Under the pieces are notes generated by a model. The model ran no database searches. It had not been told where the DNA came from and saw only the letters and a program-made list of their open reading frames with translations. From a virus: a DNA stretch of 45,229 nt. Position 1 is the first letter of the stretch. Each line of letters opens with the position of its first letter. Shown here piece by piece: positions 15,598 to 25,277 of this stretch. The position numbers were made by a program, and so were the translations under genes. The DNA lies in the IMG/VR virus record IMGVR_UViG_3300045971_000674, positions 1 to 45,229 of that record. One strand, given 5' to 3'.

Positions 15598-17277
15598 TCT
15601 GCCCTGAATTGCTGGGTGATGGCTAATGACAAATATGGACATGTCTTCATCACGGCTCTTCTCCTTCAGCACCCGCACAATTGCATCGATCCCGTTCTGG
15701 TCGAGGGCACCATCAAGCTCGTCGATGAGCATGAGATTTGCGCGTGCATGAAGGTGATGTAGCACATCTCGGAAAGCCAGCATGAGTGCGGTGTTCACCC
15801 GCTTCTTCTCACCTGCTGACAGGTTCCCGAAGTCCAGCTCACGACCGAACTCGGCCACCGTGCAGGACATGTCGGCATCAAACTTCACCACGTGCGGCAG
15901 ACCAAGAGTCTGCGTGTAGTGGTTCAGCCGGCCGTTCAGGAACGGAATGGTCTGGTTGATGATGCGCCGACGGAGGAAGGAGTTCTTGTCCGTGAGAAGC
16001 TTGAGCAGGAAGTTCTGGTGGTCGAGACGCCGGCGAAGAACGTCTACCTTCAGCGTATCCACCACAGCAACGCGTTCCTTCTGGAGCTTGTCACGTGCCT
16101 CGGTGTGTGGGTTCGTGGCGGTCTTGAGCATCGCCAGCTTCTGACGGAGGGCAGCCGCATTCTCACGGGCCTTCAACAGGTCGTCGAAGTCGGGGTGCTG
16201 GATGGCTGCATCTACTTCGGTGAGGCGTGTCTTCTTTGCTGCTGCTTGGGCAGTCAACTCGTCGACTCGGCCCTCAACCTCAAGCAGCTTGTTGCCCTTG
16301 GTTTCCAGATCCACGTCAACCTTGGCCAACTTTGCAGGTGCATCAGCGAATGCTTGCGTGCAGTACGGGCACTTGGCTTCCACCAAGTGGGTCTGCTCAG
16401 CCATCAGCTGCTCAACATCGAGGGTGAGCTGAACCTTGTCCTTGCGGAGTGGGGCAAGCTTGGCAGCCAGGTAGGCGCCCTCTTCCTTGAGCGTGTGGCG
16501 CTCATCGTGCAGCGCCTTCTCGGTATCGAAGTTGACCGTTTCCAGGGCAGCGAGAGTCTCTTCAATCTCGGCGATGTCGGCTTGGCGTGTGGTGTTCCAC
16601 CGTTCGATGCGAACCTCTGCCTCGCGCACGTGCTTCTTGTGCACATCGACAGCGACCTGTTGCTGGACGCAGACAGCCTCGGCAACCTTGATGTCACCTT
16701 CAGTTGCCTTCACCTTCTCCTTGAGGAGCTTGGCCTTCTCGGAGAGCATCGTGATGTTGAACAGCTCTTCGATCTGGTTCCGCTGTTGGTGGATCGGAAG
16801 CTGGAGGAAGGCCTGCGAGTTGCCCGAGAAGATGATGGTTTTCGTGAAGAGCTCGTAGGAGATGCCGATGATGTCTTCAATCAGGTGGTCGCATTCTGTC
16901 ACGCCCTTGCCTGGGGTGATGTCCTCGCCGTCCTTGCGGATCTCGATGCGGTAGTCTTCGCCGCGAGCACGATAGATCTCGTACTCGATGCCATCCTTCT
17001 CAAAGCAGAGCCGCACCTCCATGAGGGTGTTCTTGGTAGCGTTCGTGCTGTTGATCAGACGCTGCAGCGAGATGCTGTCGAACGGCTTGTTGTAGAGCGC
17101 ATAGCAGACGGCATTGATGATCGTCGTCTTGCCAGCACCGTTCGATCCACCGATATCGACGTTCTCGCCAGTCACCATGACGGTGCCTTGGTCATTGAGT
17201 TCGATGACTTGCGGGCTGTTGCCGAACGAGAGGAAGTTCTTGATCTCGATCGTCTTGAAGATCAGTGGGATGCTCAT
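15538..17277 (-). CDS. gp46: Recombination endonuclease ATPase subunit, T4 gp46 / SbcC / Rad50-like
   Basis: IKNFLSFGN, Walker A NGAGKTT, zinc hook CPYC in a coiled coil, signature LSAGEK, Walker B LIDE and H-loop ISHH. Confidence 0.96.
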   Translation of the reverse strand: MSIPLIFKTIEIKNFLSFGNSPQVIELNDQGTVMVTGENVDIGGSNGAGKTTIINAVCYALYNKPFDSISLQRLINSTNATKNTLMEVRLCFEKDGIEYEIYRARGEDYRIEIRKDGEDITPGKGVTECDHLIEDIIGISYELFTKTIIFSGNSQAFLQLPIHQQRNQIEELFNITMLSEKAKLLKEKVKATEGDIKVAEAVCVQQQVAVDVHKKHVREAEVRIERWNTTRQADIAEIEETLAALETVNFDTEKALHDERHTLKEEGAYLAAKLAPLRKDKVQLTLDVEQLMAEQTHLVEAKCPYCTQAFADAPAKLAKVDVDLETKGNKLLEVEGRVDELTAQAAAKKTRLTEVDAAIQHPDFDDLLKARENAAALRQKLAMLKTATNPHTEARDKLQKERVAVVDTLKVDVLRRRLDHQNFLLKLLTDKNSFLRRRIINQTIPFLNGRLNHYTQTLGLPHVVKFDADMSCTVAEFGRELDFGNLSAGEKKRVNTALMLAFRDVLHHLHARANLMLIDELDGALDQNGIDAIVRVLKEKSRDEDMSIFVISHHPAIQGRLDREIVIRKENGFSSVIGE

Positions 17278-17609
17278 GCTTGTAGTTCCAGAAAATCTGA
17301 CATCTTGACAAGGCTGATGGTGAACGTCTTGGCCTCTTCAGCTTCTTGCACGAAGCTGGAGTAAATGCCGGCCATGATGCCAGACATGTGCTCGTTGTTC
17401 TTGTGGCAGAGGTACGTTGATCCACTTGACTGCGGCATGGTGTAGAGCACGTCGCCAACGTCCACGCCTTCAATGCCTGAACTCAGCTTCCACGAATCGC
17501 CAGTGGTGTAACCGCCGTACCAACTTGCAAGCACCTTGTAGACCTTGCCGTGTTCTTGCGAGTCAAGCAAGACGATGACCCAGGAATCGGGTTGGTATGC
17601 GCGGCTCAT
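17274..17609 (-). CDS. Conserved phage hypothetical protein
   Basis: The YQPDSWV...YKVLASWYGGYTTGDSWKLSSGI...SSGSTY.C pattern recurs in T4-like phages. The start at 17609 is favoured by the ATGA overlap. Confidence 0.8.
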   Translation of the reverse strand: MSRAYQPDSWVIVLLDSQEHGKVYKVLASWYGGYTTGDSWKLSSGIEGVDVGDVLYTMPQSSGSTYLCHKNNEHMSGIMAGIYSSFVQEAEEAKTFTISLVKMSDFLELQA

Positions 17610-17908
17610 CGGTGCATCCACATTTCGATTGTGACGTTGCCATCACCGAAATCGGTGATCTTGGTTTCGTCTGCACACACGAGATACGAGTTGATGGTGT
17701 TCACCAGCGCCGGAACATTGATGCAGTCTAGCGCCGACTTTGGCTTTATCTCGATATGCGTCCACTGCGGTTCAGCAATCTTGGGAATATATGGACAGTA
17801 GAAGAATCCCCCGCCTTCAACTTGCGTTGCGAGACCAGTGAACGGCAACTCGTCAACTACCACTAGGGAGTTAACACGGGCAGGGTGACGCTTAGATAGG
17901 ATCTTCAT
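17606..17908 (-). CDS. Hypothetical protein with a GFFYCPYIP motif
   Basis: 100 aa with ATGA overlaps at both ends. The motif resembles the C-terminal segment of T4 gp23-family capsid proteins. Confidence 0.65.
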   Translation of the reverse strand: MKILSKRHPARVNSLVVVDELPFTGLATQVEGGGFFYCPYIPKIAEPQWTHIEIKPKSALDCINVPALVNTINSYLVCADETKITDFGDGNVTIEMWMHR

Positions 17909-19008
17909 GATAGTTCCTCGTAGAGCTTGATGAGGGTTTCAGGATCGATGGTCGGTGAGGGCGCTACGCCCTCAGTGATAAGCTTCCGTACCGTGTTGTC
18001 GAGTGAGGTCAGATCGATCTCGCCTTCCAACTCCAGTCCTTCGCTCAGTAGTTCCTTGCGGGCGAGGATGTCTTCCTCAACCGAGAACTCACGAAGCTGA
18101 AGACCCGTCAGCATCTCCTCGCGCAGAGCCTGCACGTCTGAGTAGCCGATGTCCATGTCCAGCAAGCACCGCACTCGGCTCCGTGGTGGAAATTCGCAGT
18201 CCCCGTCCAGCACTCGACTCAGTCTCGTCTTGAAGAACAGCGGAGCTTCTTCCCAGTCATGGAAGTAGACGTCCTCTTCCTCGAGGTTGAAGATGGCGCA
18301 ACCGCGTTCTTTGTCACCTGCATCGCCGAAGTTCGTGGGGAACGTGTTGCCGATGTAGATGATGTTCTTGTTGGCTTGGCGCTTGTGGAAGTGGCCAGAG
18401 AAGATGTACTTCGGACCGGCGAAGTCCTCAGCATCCGGTCCATGTTCCATCCGACGGTCAGCACCGGTCACCACGAAGTCGCGGAACTCGAAGTGACCGA
18501 GCACGTACTTGTGGGAGTTGATGTCCTTGACCAGACCTGGGTACTCGTCCTTGAAGAGATATGGCGTTGCGAAGATGTCCTTCGAGATCTCCATGGGCTC
18601 GCTCACGATCAGGAAGTTCGCGAGGTCACTGAACATGTCAGTCGAGAAGATGGTTCGGTTGGCGCGGTGGTAGAGGTCGTGGTTGCCCACGATCCAGATG
18701 ATCGGAACACCAACTGCATTCAGTCGACGGCATGCTTCAGTGGCATGCTTCATCGTGCGCACATTGATGGCATTGCGGTTCTCGAAGAAGTCTCCGAGGA
18801 ACGCGATGCAGTCCACCTTCTCAGTCTTGCAGATCCCGATGAACCAGTCGATGTAGTCGAGGTTGTCGAGGTTGTGCAGATCCGAGTTGTTCCGCGCGCC
18901 GAAGTGGATGTCGGTGAACATCGCCATCTTCTTGATCTTGCGATAGTCCCCGAGCTTGCCACCACCCAGCCGGCTGTTGTAGCCTCCTGTGATGATCTCC
19001 ATGCTCAC
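17905..19008 (-). CDS. gp47: Recombination endonuclease nuclease subunit, T4 gp47 / SbcD / Mre11-like
   Basis: Metallophosphoesterase motifs DIHFG, LGDFF, GNHD, GHFE and SGHFH. An alternative ATG start at 19002 has a better-spaced GGGGAG RBS. Confidence 0.95.
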   Translation of the reverse strand: MSMEIITGGYNSRLGGGKLGDYRKIKKMAMFTDIHFGARNNSDLHNLDNLDYIDWFIGICKTEKVDCIAFLGDFFENRNAINVRTMKHATEACRRLNAVGVPIIWIVGNHDLYHRANRTIFSTDMFSDLANFLIVSEPMEISKDIFATPYLFKDEYPGLVKDINSHKYVLGHFEFRDFVVTGADRRMEHGPDAEDFAGPKYIFSGHFHKRQANKNIIYIGNTFPTNFGDAGDKERGCAIFNLEEEDVYFHDWEEAPLFFKTRLSRVLDGDCEFPPRSRVRCLLDMDIGYSDVQALREEMLTGLQLREFSVEEDILARKELLSEGLELEGEIDLTSLDNTVRKLITEGVAPSPTIDPETLIKLYEELS

Positions 19009-19478
19009 TCCCCAGAAGTGTTGGTCTGGGATGTGAATGCGGTTTCGTCAGAGGTCTTGCCGCGCGAACGATCTTGGTAGGAGAAGGATGGATTGGCACC
19101 AGCTTCTACCAGCAGGTTGTCGCGAATGTCGCGCTGCTTCTTCTCATCAGCAAGGTACTGAAGGAAGGAACGGTACGCGGCCGTCGTGTAGAAGGCAAAT
19201 GGATTGTCCGACTTGGCAGGATCGAACTTGTACCAGTTGGCGCACAGGTTCACCACGGCAAAGCTCACCATGTCCTCGCGGAAAGAGTATCCGGCAAAGG
19301 AAGGGCTGTACGAGTAGCGCTCGGCGATCATGTGCAGGTACTTCGCCAACTTCGACGAGAGTACCCGACCGTTCGCTTTGTCCTCCGCGATAGCTTCGAG
19401 AAGCTGCGCGTTGGTCACGTAGTGACCGCGAGTTGTTGTCGATCGTGGCTTTTTGTAAACTGTGGGCTTGGTCGCCAT
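19005..19478 (-). CDS. gp55: Late transcription sigma factor, T4 gp55-like
   Basis: HYVTN..L, F.GYSFREDMV, KFDPAKSDNPFAFYT...SFLQYLADEKKQ are gp55 motifs. The gp55-gp47-gp46 synteny matches T4. Confidence 0.92.
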   Translation of the reverse strand: MATKPTVYKKPRSTTTRGHYVTNAQLLEAIAEDKANGRVLSSKLAKYLHMIAERYSYSPSFAGYSFREDMVSFAVVNLCANWYKFDPAKSDNPFAFYTTAAYRSFLQYLADEKKQRDIRDNLLVEAGANPSFSYQDRSRGKTSDETAFTSQTNTSGE

Positions 19479-19518
19479 ATGACTCCCTACTTACGGGTGG
19501 TTAGGTGACCAGAAAACT

Positions 19519-19542
19519 ATTGTAACATAAGATCGTATTTAT
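19519..19542 (-). promoter_or_regulatory. Tandem extended -10 (TGtTACAAT, 19519-19527) and late ATAAATA (19536-19542) upstream of gp55
   Basis: The minus strand reads GAATAAATACGATCTTATGTTACAATAG. Confidence 0.5.
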
Positions 19543-19579
19543 TCCCGTAGAAGCGCGATTGGTCGCGTTTGACCAACCC

Positions 19580-19586
19580 ATAAATA
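19580..19586 (+). promoter_or_regulatory. Late promoter ATAAATA for the rightward baseplate operon
   Basis: CATAAATAC 22 nt upstream of the ATG at 19608 (RBS GGAG). Confidence 0.7.
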
Positions 19587-19607
19587 CTTGACAGTCGGAG
19601 ACTCCCC

Positions 19608-20300
19608 ATGCATGACGAAGACCTTTACGAAGCCAAAGCCAAGAAGACCGTTGGCGTGCAAAACAAGCGCGCGGTGGTTTCACCTGGTCGCTTCCAGCCG
19701 CCCACCCGGGGTCACTTCAAGATGATCGGGGCCATGAAGGCTTTCATCCGTGATAACCCAGAAATGCGTCTAGACAAGGCCATCGTTGTTGTAATCGCCG
19801 GCGAAAAGACCGGTGAAGACAAGGTCAAGAACCCTCTCACTGCTGAACAACGGAAGAGCTACATCGAAGCTTCAGGCAAAGCCAATGGGGTGTTGGTCCT
19901 GACTGCAAGCAACGTCTTCGCCGCCTTCGAGGAGGTTCGCAAGGCTGGCTATGAACCGATCGCTGTTGCTGCCGGCTCTGATCGTTCCCCTGGTTACCTG
20001 AAGATGCTGGACAAGTACTACACTGCCAAGGATGGTAGTCCCATTGTACACCATGTGGTGCCTGATCTGGCTCGCGACCAGGATGACAGTGACGATGGTG
20101 ATGCCTACTTTGATAAGGTCATCGACATGATCAATGACGGTGACAAGGTTGACGATGCGCAGATTAGCGCATCCCTTGCTCGCTACGCAGCCCGCAAGGG
20201 TGAAGACAAGGCCTTCGCCTACATTGCTGGCTTGGAAGATAAGCCGAAACTGGCTCTGAAGATTCAGGCCAACATCAACTCAGCCGGTAAGGTAGTCTGA
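19608..20300 (+). CDS. Cytidylyltransferase-like (HxGH) nucleotidyltransferase
   Basis: PGRFQPPTRGH, KNPLT, AGSDR and ISAS are the pattern of the T4-like phage 'cytidyltransferase' family. Confidence 0.85.
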   Translation: MHDEDLYEAKAKKTVGVQNKRAVVSPGRFQPPTRGHFKMIGAMKAFIRDNPEMRLDKAIVVVIAGEKTGEDKVKNPLTAEQRKSYIEASGKANGVLVLTASNVFAAFEEVRKAGYEPIAVAAGSDRSPGYLKMLDKYYTAKDGSPIVHHVVPDLARDQDDSDDGDAYFDKVIDMINDGDKVDDAQISASLARYAARKGEDKAFAYIAGLEDKPKLALKIQANINSAGKVV

Positions 20301-21643
20301 TGACCCCGTCCCCGCTGACACCTGACGAGCAGGCTCTTGTAGATTCAGCCAAGAAGTTGCCGCTGGGAATCTCGATCATTCCGCCGGCCGAGATGCAGGT
20401 CAATATGTCCCCTGCCCTGCAGGAAGCATACCTGCAAGCAGAACAGGAACGCAAGAATCAATCACCACTGACAAGCCCAGCTGGCGGCATCGGCGACTTC
20501 TTCAATGGAAAGGCGTCGCTTCCACAGGCAGCAGGAAACGCCCTGGGCGGGCTTGTCGATAAGGTTCAAGAGGGTTGGACAGATCTCAAGGCGAAGTTCA
20601 GTGGCAAGGGTCCATTCGACAAGCTCGGCGCCAAGACAGAGACCGTTGAAGAGGCAGCCGCAAAGCATGCATTTGCTAAGGCAGAAGTGGAACGCGCTGC
20701 TGGTGATGATCGTGTCAAGGCTATGGAAGAAGAGAGTCGTCTTTCTGCAGAAGATGTGATGACGCACAATGACGTCACTGACGATGCAGCAACCAAGATG
20801 GTGCAGGACCAAGTCGATGCTGACGTATCTGCAGCTGAACTTGCTGCTGCTACGAAGACAACTACCACAGAAGCAGATGACCACAAAATTCGGCTGACCG
20901 AAAAGGGTGGCGGCTTTGTGATGTTTGACATCATGCCCGAGATCTATGAAACTCGGTCTGTCGAATACGAGGCAATTGCGCCACCACAATCGCCTGCTGC
21001 TTTCCAGAAGTACAAGGGAACTGGCAGCACTCAATGGACCATCAATGCCACCCTCGTTTGTCGTACCAACGATGAGGCGACAACCAATCTGCAGGTCTTG
21101 AACATTTTGCGGGGTTGGACAATGCCGTTCTTTGGGCAGAACACGGCAACGCATTTCAACTGGGGTCAGAAGATTGGCGCACCACCATCCGTGCTCACCC
21201 TGTCGGGCTGGAGAAAGGGCGTTGTTGGCCCCACCCCTGTCGTAATCACTGGTCTCAACTGGACATTTCCAGTTGATGTCGACTATTTGCCAGCACTGGC
21301 CTTCGATGGAACTCTCGTTCCATTCCCAACGGTTCTGAAGGTTGCTATCAACTGCGTTGAGACCTATTCGACTGATCAAATGAATGGCTTCGATCGTTTC
21401 AAAATGATGATCGGCGACATCGAAGGTACATGGGCTGCTTTGGCAAGCGGTGCGCAACTCGCACAAGCTCAAACAAGTTCGGCCACTCCTCAGGCGCAGA
21501 GCATAGCAGGTTCAGGTACACCAGTCCCAGCAGATCCTGGAGTCATATCGGAACCTCCTACGGCGATGGATGGTGAAGGTGGGCGATTGCCGATAGGTTC
21601 CCCTTCCACCGAAGGTAACTCAACAGATTTGGGATTGGGTTGA
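20300..21643 (+). CDS. Baseplate tail-tube initiator/cap protein (gp48/gp54-like)
   Basis: The C-terminal half (P.I.E.R...Y; GAPPSVLTLSGW; PVVITGLNWTFP.DVDY; PTVLKVAINCVE) fits the contractile tube-initiator fold. It lies directly before gp53. Confidence 0.6.
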   Translation: MTPSPLTPDEQALVDSAKKLPLGISIIPPAEMQVNMSPALQEAYLQAEQERKNQSPLTSPAGGIGDFFNGKASLPQAAGNALGGLVDKVQEGWTDLKAKFSGKGPFDKLGAKTETVEEAAAKHAFAKAEVERAAGDDRVKAMEEESRLSAEDVMTHNDVTDDAATKMVQDQVDADVSAAELAAATKTTTTEADDHKIRLTEKGGGFVMFDIMPEIYETRSVEYEAIAPPQSPAAFQKYKGTGSTQWTINATLVCRTNDEATTNLQVLNILRGWTMPFFGQNTATHFNWGQKIGAPPSVLTLSGWRKGVVGPTPVVITGLNWTFPVDVDYLPALAFDGTLVPFPTVLKVAINCVETYSTDQMNGFDRFKMMIGDIEGTWAALASGAQLAQAQTSSATPQAQSIAGSGTPVPADPGVISEPPTAMDGEGGRLPIGSPSTEGNSTDLGLG

Positions 21644-21644
21644 T

Positions 21645-22013
21645 ATGGAAACCAATAGCACGCTAGTTCGCACATCTAGATACGTGGCCGGCGGCACCAC
21701 AGAGGTGAATGACTGGGGTATCGAATGGTGGGATAGGGCCATCTTCCGTCCGGCACCTGATGATATCCGCTACACAGTGGACAAGAAGTTCGAGGGGCGT
21801 CTTGACATGATCTCTGATCTGTTCCTCGGTGAACCTCGGTGGTGGTGGATCATCGCTCAGATGAACAACATTCTGGATCCGCACAATGAGGTGCGTGAAG
21901 GGGCAGTGCTGTCAATTCCAACTGCAGATCGTGCAAAAAGTATGTTGACTGGCCAGCTTGGTGGCGTTGCATCTACCCGTGAACTTACTCCATCCATTCT
22001 TCCAATCGTATGA
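21645..22013 (+). CDS. gp53: Baseplate wedge protein, gp53/LysM-like
   Basis: YTVDKKFEGRLDMIS..FLGEPRWWWIIAQMNNILDP...G..LSIP is the gp53/LysM pattern. Confidence 0.85.
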   Translation: METNSTLVRTSRYVAGGTTEVNDWGIEWWDRAIFRPAPDDIRYTVDKKFEGRLDMISDLFLGEPRWWWIIAQMNNILDPHNEVREGAVLSIPTADRAKSMLTGQLGGVASTRELTPSILPIV

Positions 22014-24130
22014 GCGATACAGGCTTCGGTCGCGTCAATAACCCGCTCGATAAGTTCACCTCTTATTCGACGCAATTCATCATGCTTGCTTGCCGGTCCA
22101 CTGATCGTGCTCGCAAGTTTGCTGATGCACCATCGATGGAAACTCTAGATGCCATTAACCGTGTCCAGTTTCTGGGCGATCCTGTTGTATGGGGTGGATC
22201 TGCAACCGATATCTACCTGGCCATCGATACCCGCCGGTTCTCTCAATTCACCATCGAGCGGCTACGCTATGAGGTGCTGATCAACGGGCTGCAGCAGGGC
22301 GGCGAACATGGCAATCTGTCCAATGAAATCACCATGACGGTGCTGGACAGCGTGGGCATCTCCTTCATCAACTACATGCAGTGGCTGATGGACACCAAGA
22401 TGCAGACAAACTTTGACGGCTTGATGTTCATGCTGCAGGTGTTGTTCATTGGCCACCATCCTGATGGCTCTACGGAGACGGTTAGTCGCGTGAACATTCC
22501 GATGCACCTCTTCAAGATGGACTTGAACCTTGACCTGGCCCAGGGAAAGTATGAGTGCACGTTCATGCCGAACATGAACTTTGCACCGAACCATCACCAA
22601 CGTTGGCTCAACATCGGCACTGCCACCAACTTCACAGCCAATCAGTCCAAGCTCGGCATGATGATTGACAGCTTCGAGAAGGAGTTGAACGATGCATCAG
22701 CCTCCTTCTACAAGAACATGTCAGCGAAGCTGCTCAAGGCGGGAAAGCTCCCAATTGACGGCCGTCCTGGTGAGTTCGGCCGGATGGTCCAGTACCAGAT
22801 CACCATCCCAGAACAGTGGAAGGAATTCACGTACACTGGCGGATCCATTGGCGCTGCTGTCGAGAAGGAATTTCCGAAGTCAAAGACTGCAAAGTCGACC
22901 AAGCCCGACCCCAATGCTGGGAAGTCCATGACAGAGGGCAGCTTGCCAGCCAAGGATGTCAAGTTGGCTGTGCAGCCAGGTCGCACTATCGTTGAGGTGC
23001 TTGAGATCATGCTTAAGCAGACCAATGAAACTCGTGCCTTCGCAAATGCAGACAAGCTGACGTCCAAGGACAAGGTCATTACGTTCTACAAGTTCCTGGT
23101 CGGTATCACGAGCGATGAGAAGTCATTCACGGTTCACGTCGACGTAATTCCGTTTGAAGTACCAAATGTTCTGCCGCCGCCAAAGCAGGGTGCAGCTGCC
23201 GCTGCTGAAGAGGCACAAAGCCGGTTTTACGTTACCATCACTGACAAGCAACACGGTACATACCGCCGCCCGAAGAACTACTTCGAACTGGACTACATCT
23301 TCACAGGCCAGAATCTGGACATTCTCAGCTTCGACATGAAGATGCAGGACCTTCAGTTCCTGCTTGCCTCGAACGTGAATGTTGGTGAAGGCGCCATCTT
23401 CAATGCGGTCGGTGAAGGTCAGGGCGAACCGAAGGATGACAACGGCAAGCCATACCCGAAGCCTGAGATCATGTCAGCTCGTCAATACGATCCGATCATG
23501 ATGCCGCTCGTGTCGAAGGACCAGGACAAGAATTTCTCGGACTACGTGACCGCTCGTCAGGGCGCCCAGAACCAGAAGTTGATCGTGGATGCGCAGTCGT
23601 ATTCGCGCAACCTCTCTGCATTCTACGCTCAGTCGCCCATCATGGTGAACATCGTCATCAAGGGCAATCCCGACATCATGGAGAAGTTCAATCTCGGGAA
23701 GCCACTTGACCACACAAGTCCTACTTCTGTAGGATCTACTGGCACCAGCACCACGAACCAGACTGTCAAGACTGCGTATCGTGAAAAGCTGGTCAAGGAG
23801 ATCTTGAACACCGAAGAGGGTGTCTCTGTCAGCGAGAAGGGCAACTTCTCCATTAAGGCACCACTCGGCAACCAGTCCTACGTCTCCACCCCAGTGTTTG
23901 TGAAGCTGAACATCAAGGGGCCGAATGTCGACTTCCGATCCAATCAGATGCGTGATGGTGAGAGCTTCGCAACTGAAGTCCTCTACAACAACTACTACGT
24001 GGTGTTCAAGATCGTCAACACCATCGAGCGTGGTGTGTTCACGCAGGAGCTGGAGCTGTGGTCGCACAACGTCTACGGCACTGGCAAGCTGACTGCAGAA
24101 CAGATCAAGCCCACACCAGAGAAGAGATGA
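22010..24130 (+). CDS. Baseplate hub protein (gp27-like)
   Basis: 706 aa between gp53 and gp5. NPLDKFTSY at the N-terminus; IKGNP and YVVFKIVNTIERGVFTQELEL at the C-terminus, typical of hub proteins. Confidence 0.65.
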   Translation: MSDTGFGRVNNPLDKFTSYSTQFIMLACRSTDRARKFADAPSMETLDAINRVQFLGDPVVWGGSATDIYLAIDTRRFSQFTIERLRYEVLINGLQQGGEHGNLSNEITMTVLDSVGISFINYMQWLMDTKMQTNFDGLMFMLQVLFIGHHPDGSTETVSRVNIPMHLFKMDLNLDLAQGKYECTFMPNMNFAPNHHQRWLNIGTATNFTANQSKLGMMIDSFEKELNDASASFYKNMSAKLLKAGKLPIDGRPGEFGRMVQYQITIPEQWKEFTYTGGSIGAAVEKEFPKSKTAKSTKPDPNAGKSMTEGSLPAKDVKLAVQPGRTIVEVLEIMLKQTNETRAFANADKLTSKDKVITFYKFLVGITSDEKSFTVHVDVIPFEVPNVLPPPKQGAAAAAEEAQSRFYVTITDKQHGTYRRPKNYFELDYIFTGQNLDILSFDMKMQDLQFLLASNVNVGEGAIFNAVGEGQGEPKDDNGKPYPKPEIMSARQYDPIMMPLVSKDQDKNFSDYVTARQGAQNQKLIVDAQSYSRNLSAFYAQSPIMVNIVIKGNPDIMEKFNLGKPLDHTSPTSVGSTGTSTTNQTVKTAYREKLVKEILNTEEGVSVSEKGNFSIKAPLGNQSYVSTPVFVKLNIKGPNVDFRSNQMRDGESFATEVLYNNYYVVFKIVNTIERGVFTQELELWSHNVYGTGKLTAEQIKPTPEKR

Positions 24131-24131
24131 T

Positions 24132-25277
24132 ATGGATATCGGATTCGTTGAAGGCGTAGTAAAGGACACCTCTGATCCCCAAGAAATGGGTCGTGTCAAG
24201 GTGTGGTGCCCTGCAGTTGACGGAGAAGGATTCAAGGTAGAGAACCTGCCATGGGCCTACTACGTTTCACCACTCGCCGGTCAGGTTTACGACTACCCTG
24301 CCGGTCCTGCTGGCATGGAAACTCCAGGCCCAACGTCATACGGTTTCTGGGCCATTCCGAAGGTCGGCGCGTCTGTCATCGTCGGCTTCCTCTATGGTGA
24401 CCGCAACCAACGGTTCTATCTAGGCTCGTACTTCCCAGACCATGGCAACCGGTCGCTCCCCGCTGGGCGCAACACTGCAACTGGTCCACAGTCAGACAGC
24501 TACGAAACTATGAACCCGGCGACCACAAGTCTTGGTGCACAGTTCCAGGGAAACCTTGCAGCGTCAGAAGCCCAGACCCGTGGCGCGTACGAACGCCAGG
24601 TGGCTCAAGCCGCCACTGAGAAGACGGTGGCTGAGGGATACCAGAAGGATGTGAAGGGCGTTGGACTTGATCCGCAGACCTACTGCATCACTACTCCAGG
24701 CCGCCACTCGATCATCATGCAGGACAACATCGAGAATGGTCGGGTCCGCATCAAGACTGCTGAAGGTCACCAAGTCATTCTCGATGATGCGAACGAACGC
24801 ATCTACGTCAGCACCGCCAAGGGCCAAACCTGGATCGAACTCGATCAGGACGGTCGCATTCACGTCTACGCCGGATCGGACATCTCGATGACGACAGGCG
24901 GCAACTTCAATCTCTCAGCCAAGGGCAATGTCCGCATTGCAGCTGGTGGTGACGTCGACATTGGCGCTTCAGGCCATGCGCGTATCTCAGCCTGCAGTGA
25001 TCTATCTCTCAGTGGAGATGCCGGATTGTATGCAACGTCTGGTGCTGGCATGGAGCTTCTGGCGGCAGGCGGAACCAACATCTCTGCAGGCAGTGGCCTA
25101 AATATCCTGGCAGGTGGAACCATTCTTCAAACGGGTTCTGCTATCCACCTCAATGGGCCAGGAGCCAGTAAAGCTGCGACAGCACCATGTGCCACAGCAC
25201 CTGACGTCCTGCCAGAACATGAGCCTTGGGTCCGAGCAGGATCGAAGGCAAAGCGGAACAAGAACTGGAAACCTTGA
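24132..25277 (+). CDS. gp5: Baseplate central spike, gp5/VgrG-like (no lysozyme domain)
   Basis: OB fold GVVKDTSDPQEMGRVKVW...LPWA...PKVGASV, then TPGRHSIIMQD, GHQVILDD, beta-helix repeats and terminal IHLNG...HEPW. Confidence 0.88.
   Translation: MDIGFVEGVVKDTSDPQEMGRVKVWCPAVDGEGFKVENLPWAYYVSPLAGQVYDYPAGPAGMETPGPTSYGFWAIPKVGASVIVGFLYGDRNQRFYLGSYFPDHGNRSLPAGRNTATGPQSDSYETMNPATTSLGAQFQGNLAASEAQTRGAYERQVAQAATEKTVAEGYQKDVKGVGLDPQTYCITTPGRHSIIMQDNIENGRVRIKTAEGHQVILDDANERIYVSTAKGQTWIELDQDGRIHVYAGSDISMTTGGNFNLSAKGNVRIAAGGDVDIGASGHARISACSDLSLSGDAGLYATSGAGMELLAAGGTNISAGSGLNILAGGTILQTGSAIHLNGPGASKAATAPCATAPDVLPEHEPWVRAGSKAKRNKNWKP

Noticed and set aside
14740-15600. Group I intron or intein hosting the GIY-YIG gene
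   Set aside because: The flanking genes are intact, the endonuclease is antisense, and there is no room for an intron core. No intein motifs were seen in gp46, gp47 or the portal.
15892-17364. 490-aa plus-strand ORF, and similar long antisense ORFs (e.g. 18259-19080, 20462-21472, 28558-29583, 3859-4635, 10439-11077)
   Set aside because: Shadow frames opposite well-supported genes. They are expected from strong GC3/RNY codon bias and have no RBS or recognisable motifs.
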